Assembly: GCA_963804455.1 (NCBI GenBank)
Contig: CAWDRD010000125.1
Coordinates: 29,057-93,056, forward strand
DNA from: an uncultured Actinomycetes bacterium
Lineage (GTDB): Bacteria; Actinomycetota; Actinomycetes; Streptosporangiales; Streptosporangiaceae
DNA length: 64,000 bases
Direction: 5' to 3'
A program made the translations under genes and the position numbers. The notes beneath the pieces were generated by a model. That model made no database searches and had not been told where the DNA came from. It saw only the letters and a program-made list of their open reading frames with translations. Below, piece after piece: positions 54,501 to 63,288 of the stretch (within the stretch, counting starts at the first letter, position 1; each line of letters begins with the position of its first letter).

Positions 54501-54699
54501 GCTGGGAGCGCGGCCGCTCGGTCTTTGATGCGCCGGACAAGGACACGGGCCTGACCGGGCCCCGGGCCACCGGCGAGGACAGCAGTGCCGGTCCTGAGGA
54601 TGATCCGGACACCGCTAGCACGCCACCAGCCGATGCGCTGGTCACTCCGGCCCGGGTCAGCCAGGCACCGGCCGCCGGAACGCAGCAGAGCAACGACTG
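51541..54699 (+). CDS. cvnA: conservon sensor histidine-kinase-like protein CvnA (nitrate/nitrite-sensing domain, HAMP, HATPase; acidic repeat-rich linker); several frame breaks
   Basis: N-terminal TM plus periplasmic sensor, second TM, HAMP (IWIGRGLVRELAALRQSALELAE), HATPase fragments (ELAENAV...GRGFAVEIEDRGLGL) across frames 52994..53510. Thr/Asp/Leu and Ala/Asp repeats. Conserved C-terminus LPRRVRQASLAPQLR in 54293..54700. Confidence 0.8.
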
Positions 54700-54712
54700 A
54701 CCAGGGGGAAAC

Positions 54713-55156
54713 GTGACAGCCGCCGAGCATCAGAACGGACTCGCAGTCGGGGGAGCTGGCGACCTCGACTGGCTGCTGAACGACCTGGTGATCCGCGTCC
54801 CCGACATCGACAAGGCGGTGATCCTCTCCCGTGACGGCCTGGCCATCGCCGCATCGGCCGGGCTGACCCGGGAGGACTCGGAGCACCTGGCCGCGGTGGC
54901 CTCCGGTTTCCAGAGCCTGGCCCGGGGGGCGGGCCGTCACTTCGGCGGCGGGCAGGTCCGGCAGACCATCGTCGAGATGGATACCGCGTTCCTGTTCGTG
55001 ACGGCGGCGGGTGAGGGCAGCTGCCTGGCCGTGCTGAGCCCGGCCAGCGCCGACGCGGGCCTCGTCGCTTACGAAATGGCCATCCTCGTGAAACGGGTCG
55101 GCCAGCATCTGTCGGTGAACCCCCGGCCAGCTACGGCCGGGGAGGGCGCGGACTGA
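54713..55156 (+). CDS. cvnB: roadblock/LC7-domain protein CvnB
   Basis: 147 aa, typical roadblock fold sequence (VPDIDKAVILSRDGLAIAAS...AVASGFQSLARGA...). Confidence 0.85.
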   Translation: MTAAEHQNGLAVGGAGDLDWLLNDLVIRVPDIDKAVILSRDGLAIAASAGLTREDSEHLAAVASGFQSLARGAGRHFGGGQVRQTIVEMDTAFLFVTAAGEGSCLAVLSPASADAGLVAYEMAILVKRVGQHLSVNPRPATAGEGAD

Positions 55157-55163
55157 GCCGGGC

Positions 55164-55541
55164 ATGCCGTCGCCCGACGATCAGTGGCTGGACGAGGAGG
55201 CGGGGCCGATCGTCCGTCCGTATGCGGTTATCCGTGGCCGGACCCGGCCCAGCGGCGAGACGCTCGACCTGATCGCGATCATCACGGCGATCCGGGGAGT
55301 GGCCCCGCCGAACCCCGCCGACCTCGACCCGGAGCACTTCGCGGCCCTCCGGCTCTGCCGGGTGCCCACGTCAGTGGCTGATATCGCGGCCGACCTCGAC
55401 CTGCCGCTGGGCGTGGTCCGGATCCTGCTCGGCGACCTGCGGGATCTCTCCCTCATCGCGGTCCATCATCCGATTCCGCCCGCACTGCTGCCCGACCCGC
55501 AGATCCTTAGGGAGGTCGTCGATGGCCTACGCCGGCTCTGA
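55164..55541 (+). CDS. cvnC: DUF742 protein CvnC
   Basis: 125 aa. VRPYAVIRGRTRPSGETLDLIAIITAIRG motif of the DUF742 family. Confidence 0.8.
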   Translation: MPSPDDQWLDEEAGPIVRPYAVIRGRTRPSGETLDLIAIITAIRGVAPPNPADLDPEHFAALRLCRVPTSVADIAADLDLPLGVVRILLGDLRDLSLIAVHHPIPPALLPDPQILREVVDGLRRL

Positions 55542-56142
55542 TCAGGCCGGGCGCCGCAAGCGGGTGCCGGTCACGATCAAGATCCTGATCGCCGGCGGGT
55601 TCGGCGTCGGCAAGACCACGCTGGTCGGCTCGCTGACCGAGATCCGGCCGCTGCGTACCGAGGAGCCGCTGAGCGAGCACGGCAGCGGCGTGGACCGGCT
55701 CGACGGGGTGGAGCGCAAGACCACGACCACCGTCGCGCTGGACTTCGGCCGGATCACGATCCGCGAGAACCTGGTGATCTACCTGTTCGGCACACCCGGC
55801 CAGGAGCGGTTCTGGTTCATGTGGGACGAGCTGGCGCGCGGTTCGCTCGGGGCGATCGTGCTGGCCGACACCAGGCGGCTCGCGGACTGCTTCTCGTCCG
55901 TGGATTACTTCGAACAGCGCAAGATCCCCTTCATCGTCGGGGTGAACTGCTTCGACGGGGCCCGGAAGTACAAGACCGAATCGGTGCGGTCCGCGCTCGA
56001 CCTGGATCCGGATGTCCCGGTGGTCTTGTGCGATGCCCGGCACCGGCCGTCCTGCCGGGACGCACTGATCGCCCTGGTCGAGCACGCACTGCGGGTGCTC
56101 AAGCAGCGGCCGGAATACGTCTCCGGGCTCTCCGCGCGCTGA
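55522..56142 (+). CDS. cvnD: Ras-like small GTPase CvnD (ATP/GTP-binding protein)
   Basis: P-loop IAGGFGVGKTT, G3 LFGTPGQERF, 206 aa. Overlaps the cvnC stop. Confidence 0.85.
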   Translation: MAYAGSDQAGRRKRVPVTIKILIAGGFGVGKTTLVGSLTEIRPLRTEEPLSEHGSGVDRLDGVERKTTTTVALDFGRITIRENLVIYLFGTPGQERFWFMWDELARGSLGAIVLADTRRLADCFSSVDYFEQRKIPFIVGVNCFDGARKYKTESVRSALDLDPDVPVVLCDARHRPSCRDALIALVEHALRVLKQRPEYVSGLSAR

Positions 56143-56153
56143 GCCGTGCTGGG

Positions 56154-57254
56154 TCAGGATCGCCAGATCAGGACCAGCGCACAGTCGTCGGACCCGCCGT
56201 TCTGCGCCTGGATGACCCGCACCAGTTCCCCGGCGCGATCCTGGAATCCCGTGGTGACCATCCGGTTCGCCTCGCCGAGCAACCGGTCCGTGCCCGCGTC
56301 GATGTCCAGGCCGCTCCCCTCCACCAGGCCATCGGTGTACAGCATCAGCGCGTCGCCCGGCCGCAGCGTCCCGCGCACGGGCACGCACCGCAGGTCAGGG
56401 ACGACCCCGAGGACGATGCCGCGGGTCGGCATTAGCTTCCACAGGCCGCTGCCCGCGTCGAACTGCGCGGGCGGCGGATGCCCAGCCGACGCCACCATGT
56501 ACTCGCCGGTCGTGAGGTCGAGGGCGAGGTGGATGGCGGTGACAAAGCCCTCCACGGCTGGCCCGCGGCGCAGGTAGGCGTTACAGGCGCCGAGGAACTC
56601 GCCCTGTGGCACCGAGCCGAGCAGGCCGCCGAAGGCGCCCGACAGCAGCAGCGCGCGGGTGCCCGCGTCAATGCCTTTGCCGGACACGTCGACCAGGGCC
56701 ACCTCCAGCGTCTTGCCGTCGGCATAGGACACCAGGAAGTCGCCGCCAAAGGAAGACCCGCCCGCTGGCCGGAGCACCGCCGCGGACCGCCAGCCAGCAG
56801 GCAGCGCAGGCAGCCTGCCCTGGGCGCGGATCCGGTCCCGCAACTCGATCAGCATCCGGTCTCCGCGTAGCCCCTGCACGCCGAGCTTCCACCGGGTCCG
56901 GGCGAGCACGTCAGCGAACAGCGCGGTGACCACGACGGTCGCGATGATCCCGGGCCCGGCCTTCTTGTGCAGCGCATCGTAGACCAGCACCACCGCGACC
57001 AGCCCGAACAGGATCCGCAGCGCCCGCGGCCAGAGCAGCATGCCACCGGTCAGCACCGGCAGGATGATCAGCCCGGGCGAGAACCACGACTCGGACAGGT
57101 GCACCGCGGCCACCCCGATGGCCACCGTGACGATGGTCAGGACGGCCGCCATCCGGCGGTTGCGGGTGATGAACTGCCGCCGGACCTGATCACGAACCCG
57201 GGACGCGGCCGAGCGCGCCATCCGGGCGGGACGGGTCAAGGGGCGGGAAAGCAT
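56154..57254 (-). CDS. membrane-anchored PP2C-family (SpoIIE-type) serine/threonine phosphatase
   Basis: N-terminal TM helices, then GGDF...VDVSGKG...SAGHPP...LYTDGLVE PP2C motifs. Start codon uncertain (internal Met preferred; upstream ORF portion is GC read-through). Confidence 0.75.
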   Translation of the reverse strand: MLSRPLTRPARMARSAASRVRDQVRRQFITRNRRMAAVLTIVTVAIGVAAVHLSESWFSPGLIILPVLTGGMLLWPRALRILFGLVAVVLVYDALHKKAGPGIIATVVVTALFADVLARTRWKLGVQGLRGDRMLIELRDRIRAQGRLPALPAGWRSAAVLRPAGGSSFGGDFLVSYADGKTLEVALVDVSGKGIDAGTRALLLSGAFGGLLGSVPQGEFLGACNAYLRRGPAVEGFVTAIHLALDLTTGEYMVASAGHPPPAQFDAGSGLWKLMPTRGIVLGVVPDLRCVPVRGTLRPGDALMLYTDGLVEGSGLDIDAGTDRLLGEANRMVTTGFQDRAGELVRVIQAQNGGSDDCALVLIWRS

Positions 57255-57389
57255 GATGGCGGCACTGTATCCGCCCCCTGCCCATCTGGCACGCTGGTGG
57301 CGGCCGATCCGGCTGGGCGCGGGCCCGGACGCGGCCAGCTCCCCGGTTATCGGCTTGGCGCAGGCCGGGACTCCAGATAGGAAGGCGGC

Positions 57390-58643
57390 ATGACAGACCG
57401 GTACCCGATCCGTCCGATCAGCGAGGACGAATTCGACGCTTTCCGCACCGTGGCCGAGCATGCGTTCCACGGCGAGTCACCCAGCGAGCAGGCCCGGGCG
57501 GATCTGCGGGCCCGGTTCGAGCTCGACCGCAGCCTCGCGGCCTTCGACGGGGGGTCACCGGTGGCCACTGCGGGCGCCTGGAGTTTCCAGATGTGCGTGC
57601 CAGGCGCGATGGCGGCCGTGGCCGGGGTGACCGTGGTCGCCGTGCTGCCCTCGCATCGCCGCCGTGGTCTGCTCTCCGCGCTGATGCACCGCCAGATCTC
57701 CGACGTCCATGACCGGGAGGAAACCCTCGCGGTGCTCTGGGCCTCGGAGGCTGGCATCTACGGCCGGTACGGTTATGGGCCCGCGTCCTGGCACGCCTCG
57801 TTCAGCATCCGGCACGGGGAAGGTGCGCTCGCCCGGAACGCGCCTACTGACCCGGGACTGCGGCTGCGGATCGCTGAGCCGGGATCAGCCTGGCCCGACC
57901 TGGCCAAGGTCTACGAGACGCTGCTGCCCGCCCAGCCCGGCATGTTCGCCCGCAACGAGGCGTGGTGGCGGCACGTGCTCTACGACCCGGAGCAGGAACG
58001 GCGCGGCTGGAGCCCGCTCCGCTGCGTCATCGCCGAGGACGACGCAGGCCCGCGGGGATACGCGCTCTACGCCGGCCGGAGCAACTGGGATGAGCGGACG
58101 TTCCTGGCGGATTCGGCCATAGAGGTCCGGGAGCTGACCGCGACCGACCCCGCGGCCAGCGCGGTGCTCTGGGCCGACCTGGCCAGCCGGGACCTGGTCA
58201 GCGAGCTGGCCGTGCGGCTGCGGCCAGCGGATGACCCGGTGCTGCACCTGCTGGCTGACCCACGGCGAGCCCGGGCCTGTGTCAGCGATGGGCTCTGGGT
58301 CCGGGTGGTGGATGTGCCGGGCGCGCTCCGCCAGCGCTGCTATGCCTGCCCGGTCGACGTGGTCATCGAGATCACCGACGAGCTGTGCCCGTGGAACCAG
58401 GGCCGGTGGCGGCTGACCGCGCCCGGCCCGGACGGCGATGGCATGGCCCGCTGCGAGCAGACCTCCGCTGCCGCCGACGTCCTGCTCCCCGTGGCCACGC
58501 TCGGCGCGGTGTACCTGGGCGGTACCCGGCTCGGCCCGCTGGCCAGGGCCGGCCTCGCCGCGGCGGCACGGCCGGGCGCGCTGGCCACCCTGTCCGCGGC
58601 GCTGTCCTGGGAGCCGGCTCCATGGTGCCCGGTGATCTTCTGA
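57390..58643 (+). CDS. Eis-like GNAT N-acetyltransferase with SCP2-like C-terminal domain
   Basis: 417 aa. N-terminal GNAT (VLPSHRRRGLLSALMHRQISD...), second GNAT-like domain and C-terminal sterol-carrier-like fold, as in Eis/UPF0256 proteins. Confidence 0.75.
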   Translation: MTDRYPIRPISEDEFDAFRTVAEHAFHGESPSEQARADLRARFELDRSLAAFDGGSPVATAGAWSFQMCVPGAMAAVAGVTVVAVLPSHRRRGLLSALMHRQISDVHDREETLAVLWASEAGIYGRYGYGPASWHASFSIRHGEGALARNAPTDPGLRLRIAEPGSAWPDLAKVYETLLPAQPGMFARNEAWWRHVLYDPEQERRGWSPLRCVIAEDDAGPRGYALYAGRSNWDERTFLADSAIEVRELTATDPAASAVLWADLASRDLVSELAVRLRPADDPVLHLLADPRRARACVSDGLWVRVVDVPGALRQRCYACPVDVVIEITDELCPWNQGRWRLTAPGPDGDGMARCEQTSAAADVLLPVATLGAVYLGGTRLGPLARAGLAAAARPGALATLSAALSWEPAPWCPVIF

Positions 58644-58707
58644 GCTGACGCACCCGGGCAGGACTGATTCACCCCGGCAGTGGAAAGACTCTCTGTGGAG
58701 GGCCGTC

Positions 58708-59277
58708 ATGCCAGGGATGAAGATCACGGTCGATGCCGCGATGCGGGCCAGGGATGTCTCGCGGCCGCACCCGCAGCACGAGGCTGCCGCGCTGGAACGC
58801 GATCAGCCCGGTGCCGCCCGGCCAGCACCTGGCCAGTCAGCGCCAGCCCGGCCAGCGCCGGCCCAATCAGCACCAGCCCAATCAGGCGGGCCAGCAACGG
58901 CCATCCCGGCCCAGCGAGGCACGGCACCGCGGGACATGGCACCGCAGGGCACGGCACCCCATGACAGTGCGGGCCAGGAGAGCGGGAACAGGGACAGCGC
59001 GGCGCCCCGGCCGGGGCGGCCGGGTAGGGCCGCGGCGGGCCGGCCGGCCGCCCGCCCGGTCCGTCCGGCCGCGCCCCACGGCCCCGGCGCGGCACCGGCA
59101 GCACAGGCACCGGCAGCACAGGCACCGGCAGCACAGGCCCCAGCAGCACGGGCCCCAGCAGCACCGACACCGCCTGCGGCGTCCCCAGGAGCAGCGGCCC
59201 CCGGAGCCACCGGGCAGAGCCGGGAGACCGGGCGGGCGCGGAAGCGCCGCCATCAGCGCCGGCGATCTGGGCGCTGA
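58708..59277 (+). CDS. hypothetical Pro/Ala/Gln-rich protein with structured N-terminus (MKITVDAAMRARDV) and basic C-terminal tail
   Basis: Only the first about 30 aa look globular. The rest is low complexity ((AQAPA)n). Could be partly an artefact of GC bias. Confidence 0.35.
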   Translation: MPGMKITVDAAMRARDVSRPHPQHEAAALERDQPGAARPAPGQSAPARPAPAQSAPAQSGGPATAIPAQRGTAPRDMAPQGTAPHDSAGQESGNRDSAAPRPGRPGRAAAGRPAARPVRPAAPHGPGAAPAAQAPAAQAPAAQAPAARAPAAPTPPAASPGAAAPGATGQSRETGRARKRRHQRRRSGR

Positions 59278-59329
59278 TCAGTCCTGGCCGGAACGGCCGG
59301 ATTGTGACCGCGCCGAGGCCGGGCTGGAC

Positions 59330-59803
59330 CTAACCGGCGGGGTATTCCGGCAGCTTGCCGGTCTTCTCGTACTCGGCGATCATCTGCAGCCGCCGGGCGT
59401 GCCGCGGCTCCCCGGAGAACGAAGTCTGCACGAACACCCGGGCGAAGCTGATCGCGTCCGGCACCGGGTACATCCGGGCGCCGAGGCTGAGCACGTTGGC
59501 GTCGTTGTGCAGCCGGGCCAGCTGCGCCGTCTCCTCGGTCCAGGCGATCGCGGCCCGGATCCCGCTGATCTTGTTGGCCGCGATCTGCTCGCCGTTGCCG
59601 GAACCGCCGATCACGATGCCGAGGCTGCCCGGGTCGGCGGCGACCCGGCTGGCCGCACGCATCACGTAGACCGGGTAATCGTCCTGCGGGTCATAACTGG
59701 CCGGGCCGCAATCGACCGGATCATGCCCGGCTGATCCCAGCCATTCGATCAGGGCGGCCTTGAGCTCGTATCCGGCATGGTCGGATCCCAGGTACACGCG
59801 CAC
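59330..59803 (-). CDS. rpiB: ribose-5-phosphate isomerase B
   Basis: VRVYLGSDHAGYELK...GIVIGGSGNGEQIAANK... RpiB/LacAB fold. Probable GTG start at VRVY. Confidence 0.85.
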   Translation of the reverse strand: MRVYLGSDHAGYELKAALIEWLGSAGHDPVDCGPASYDPQDDYPVYVMRAASRVAADPGSLGIVIGGSGNGEQIAANKISGIRAAIAWTEETAQLARLHNDANVLSLGARMYPVPDAISFARVFVQTSFSGEPRHARRLQMIAEYEKTGKLPEYPAG

Positions 59804-59868
59804 GAATGCCAGTCTGTCAGAACCTGATGCCCGCTGGGTGGGCGACGCCAACCAGGGCCCGCGGGTGC

Positions 59869-60486
59869 CTAATCGAAGATCGGCTCGCGGGTGCGGCTCC
59901 GCTTGAGCTCGAAGAACCCGTCGGTCTTGGTCACCAGCATGACGCCGTCCCAGAGCTGGGCCGCCGCGTCACCACGCGGGATCGGGGAGAGCACGGGCCC
60001 GAAGATGGACGTGCCGTTGACCGAGATGATCGGCGTGCCCACCTCGTAGCCGACCCGCTCGATGCCATCGGTGTGTGACGCCCGCAGCGCCTCGTCGTAC
60101 TCGGTGGAGTCCATGGCATCGGCCAGTTCGGTGGGCAGCCCGGCCTCGGCCAGCGCCGCCTCGATCGTGGCCCGGTCCCTGGGTGCCTTGTCCTGGTGGA
60201 ACCGCGTGCCGAGCGCGGTGTAGAGCGGGCCGAGGACACTGGGCCCGTACTTCTGCTCGGCCGCGATTGCCACCCGGACCGGGCCCCAGGCCTCGGCCAT
60301 CAGCTGCTGGTACTTCTCCGGCAGGTCGGTCTTGCCTTCGTTGAGCACCGCCAGGCTCATCACATGCCAGCGCACTTCCACCGGGCGTACCTGCTGCACC
60401 TCAAGCATCCACCGGGAGGCGATCCAGGCCCACGGGCACAGCGGGTCAAACCAGAAATCGACGGGGGTGATGTCCTGCTCAGCCAT
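59869..60486 (-). CDS. DsbA-like thioredoxin-fold protein, orthologue-like to mycobacterial Rv2466c (mycothiol-dependent reductase / mycoredoxin-2)
   Basis: DFWFDPLCPWAWIASRWMLEV...HVMSLAVLNE...WGPVRVAIAAEQ...GTPIISVNG...FGPVLSPIPRG...FFELKRSRT, near collinear with Rv2466c. CPWA/CxxC-type active site. Confidence 0.8.
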   Translation of the reverse strand: MAEQDITPVDFWFDPLCPWAWIASRWMLEVQQVRPVEVRWHVMSLAVLNEGKTDLPEKYQQLMAEAWGPVRVAIAAEQKYGPSVLGPLYTALGTRFHQDKAPRDRATIEAALAEAGLPTELADAMDSTEYDEALRASHTDGIERVGYEVGTPIISVNGTSIFGPVLSPIPRGDAAAQLWDGVMLVTKTDGFFELKRSRTREPIFD

Positions 60487-60670
60487 GGGGCTCCTTACTC
60501 ATCGCACCGCGAACCTGTCCGGCGGCCCACCTGACTGGCCCGCCACCTCCCCTACGCGCCAACCCGGGTGCGGCCGACCGCATTCCATGTTCCCGGGTAG
60601 GTCATGGGAAGATGCCCCGGGCGGCTGATCCCGGGCACACACACCAGAACCCGGGATCGCATACCGGAAC

Positions 60671-63223
60671 ATGGAAAGGGTGCCTTCTGCAGTGGCGAGC
60701 AACCTCACGCGGGATGAGGCCCGCGACCGGCGACAGCTCCTGGACGTCAGCTCCAACCAGGTGGATCTAGACCTGACCAGCGGTGCGGAGACCTTCATCG
60801 CGGTGAGCACTGTCCGCTTCCGGTCCGCCAGCGAGGGCGCGGCCACCTTCATCGACCTGACCGCGCCAGCGGTCCGGGAGATCGTACTCAACGGCAGCCT
60901 GGTCAGCCCCGACGCGTTCGACGGCGACCGGATCACCCTCCCCGGGCTGCGCGCCGAGAACGAGCTGCGGGTCGTCGCTGAGTGCGCCTACTCGCGGTCC
61001 GGCGAAGGCCTGCACCGGTTCACCGATCCTGCCGACGGCAGCGTCTACCTGTACACGGACCTGGAGACGTTCGACGCGCACCGGGTCTACGCCTGCTTCG
61101 ACCAGCCGGATCTCAAGGCCGCCTTCGAGCTGTCGGTCACCGCCCCGGCCGGCTGGCAGGTCGTCTCCAACGTCGCTGCTGATGTCGCTGACCAGCCAGC
61201 GGGGGACGGCGCCAGCCGCTGGCACTTCCCGGCCACGCCGGTCATGTCCACCTACATCACCGCCATCGTGGCTGGCCCGTACCACCGGGTGCAGGCCGAG
61301 CACGACGGCATCCCGCTCGGCATCTACTGCCGCCAGTCGCTGGCCGAGTACCTGGACCCGGATGAGATCTTCGAGGTCACCCGGCAGGGCTTTGACTTCT
61401 ACCATCAGGCCTTCGGCGTCCGGTACCCGTTCGGCAAGTACGACCAGGTCTTCGTGCCGGAGTTCAAGGCGGGCGCGATGGAGAACGCCGGCTGCGTCAC
61501 GTTCCTCGAGGACTACCTGTTCCGCTCCCGGGTCACCGACTTCGCCCGCGAGATCCGCGCCGAGACGATCCTGCACGAGATGGCGCACATGTGGTTCGGC
61601 GACCTGGTCACCATGCGCTGGTGGGACGATCTCTGGCTGAACGAGTCGTTCGCGACCTGGGCGGCCGCGCTCGCGCAGGCGGAGGCGACCCGGTGGACCT
61701 CGGCCTGGACCACGTTCTGCCAGCTGCAGAAAGCCTGGGCCTACCAGCAGGATCAGCTGCCGTCCACGCATCCGATCTCCGCTGATATCCCGGACATCGC
61801 CGCGGTCGAGGTCAACTTCGACGGCATCACCTACGCCAAGGGCGCTGCGGTGCTGAAGCAGCTGGTCGCCTACGTCGGCCGGGAGCAGTTCCTGGCCGGA
61901 GTGCGGCACTACTTCGGCCAGCACGCCTGGGGCAACGCAACCCTCGCCGACCTGCTGAGCGCCTTGCAGGAGTCCTCCGGCCGGGAACTGACCGGCTGGT
62001 CGAAGCAGTGGCTGGAAACCGCCGGGGTGAACACGCTCCGGCCCGATTACCAGTGCGACGACGATGGCGTGCTGACCGAGTTCGCGGTACTGCAGAGCGC
62101 CCCCGAGGCCCATCCGGTGCTCCGCTCGCACCGCATCGCCGTGGGGTTCTATGACCGGACCAGCGACGGGCTGCGGCGGCGGCGCCAGGCCGAGGCCGAC
62201 ATCTCCGGGGAGCGGACGGTGCTCGCCGAGCTGGCGGGCGAGCGCAGGCCGGATCTGGTGCTGGTCAACGACGACGATCTCGCCTACGCGAAGATGCGCC
62301 TGGACCAGCACTCGCTGGCCACCCTGATCAGCGGGATCGGCGAGTTCACCGAGTCCCTGCCGGCCGCGCTGTGCTGGGCCGCCGCGTGGGACATGTGCCG
62401 GGATGCCGAGATGCCCGCCCGCGACTATGTCCGGCTGGTGCTGACCGGAGTGGACCGGGCCGGCGGCATCTCGGTCGTGCAGACCCTGCTGCGCCAGGCC
62501 GCGGCGGCGCTGCGCCGGTTCGCCGACCCGGCTTGGCGCCCGGCCGGCCGCGCGCTGGCCGCCTCGGTCCTGCTCGGCCTGGCCGAGGAGGCCGCGCCCG
62601 GTTCTGACCGCCAGCTCACCTACGTGCAGGCGTTCGCCGACGTGGCCACCCGGCCGGACGATCTGGCGCTGCTCGCTGGGCTGCTGGACGGCTCCGCGCA
62701 CATGGAAGGCCTCGCGGTGGACACCGAGCTGCGCTGGCGCCTGCTGCGGCGGCTAGTGAGCCGGGGCGCCGCCGGGACCGCCGAGATCGACGCGGAACTG
62801 AGCCGGGACGCGACCGACACTGGCCAGCGGCGGGCGGCGACCTGCCGGGCCGCCGTACCCGAGGCCGCCGCCAAGGAGGCCGCGTGGCAGGAGATCGTCA
62901 GCGGGACGCTGCCGAACGCCACGTTCCGGGCGGTGCTGACCGGCTTCGCCGACGTGGACGAGCCTGACCTGCTCGCTCCCTACGCCCCCCGCTACTTCGA
63001 GGTGATCGGCGATATATGGCGCGACTGGAGCAGTGACATGGCCCAGTGGTTCGCTGCCAACGCTTACCCCATGGCCCAGATCAGCGAGGAGACCGTGCGG
63101 CTGACCGACGATTACCTGCGGCAGGCCAGCCCGCCGGCCGCGCTACGCCGGCTGCTGATCGAAAACCGGGACGGGGTGCAGCGGGCCCTGCGCTGCCAGG
63201 AGCGGGACCGCCGGGCAGGCTGA
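60671..63223 (+). CDS. pepN: aminopeptidase N (M1 family)
   Basis: 850 aa. GAMEN and zinc-binding HEMAHMWFGDLVTMRWWDDLWLNESFATW motifs. Confidence 0.9.
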   Translation: MERVPSAVASNLTRDEARDRRQLLDVSSNQVDLDLTSGAETFIAVSTVRFRSASEGAATFIDLTAPAVREIVLNGSLVSPDAFDGDRITLPGLRAENELRVVAECAYSRSGEGLHRFTDPADGSVYLYTDLETFDAHRVYACFDQPDLKAAFELSVTAPAGWQVVSNVAADVADQPAGDGASRWHFPATPVMSTYITAIVAGPYHRVQAEHDGIPLGIYCRQSLAEYLDPDEIFEVTRQGFDFYHQAFGVRYPFGKYDQVFVPEFKAGAMENAGCVTFLEDYLFRSRVTDFAREIRAETILHEMAHMWFGDLVTMRWWDDLWLNESFATWAAALAQAEATRWTSAWTTFCQLQKAWAYQQDQLPSTHPISADIPDIAAVEVNFDGITYAKGAAVLKQLVAYVGREQFLAGVRHYFGQHAWGNATLADLLSALQESSGRELTGWSKQWLETAGVNTLRPDYQCDDDGVLTEFAVLQSAPEAHPVLRSHRIAVGFYDRTSDGLRRRRQAEADISGERTVLAELAGERRPDLVLVNDDDLAYAKMRLDQHSLATLISGIGEFTESLPAALCWAAAWDMCRDAEMPARDYVRLVLTGVDRAGGISVVQTLLRQAAAALRRFADPAWRPAGRALAASVLLGLAEEAAPGSDRQLTYVQAFADVATRPDDLALLAGLLDGSAHMEGLAVDTELRWRLLRRLVSRGAAGTAEIDAELSRDATDTGQRRAATCRAAVPEAAAKEAAWQEIVSGTLPNATFRAVLTGFADVDEPDLLAPYAPRYFEVIGDIWRDWSSDMAQWFAANAYPMAQISEETVRLTDDYLRQASPPAALRRLLIENRDGVQRALRCQERDRRAG

Positions 63224-63288
63224 CCCCAGGCCAGCAGCACAGGCCAGCAGCACAGGCCAGCAGCGGTGGCGGCCGGCCAGCGAGCCGG

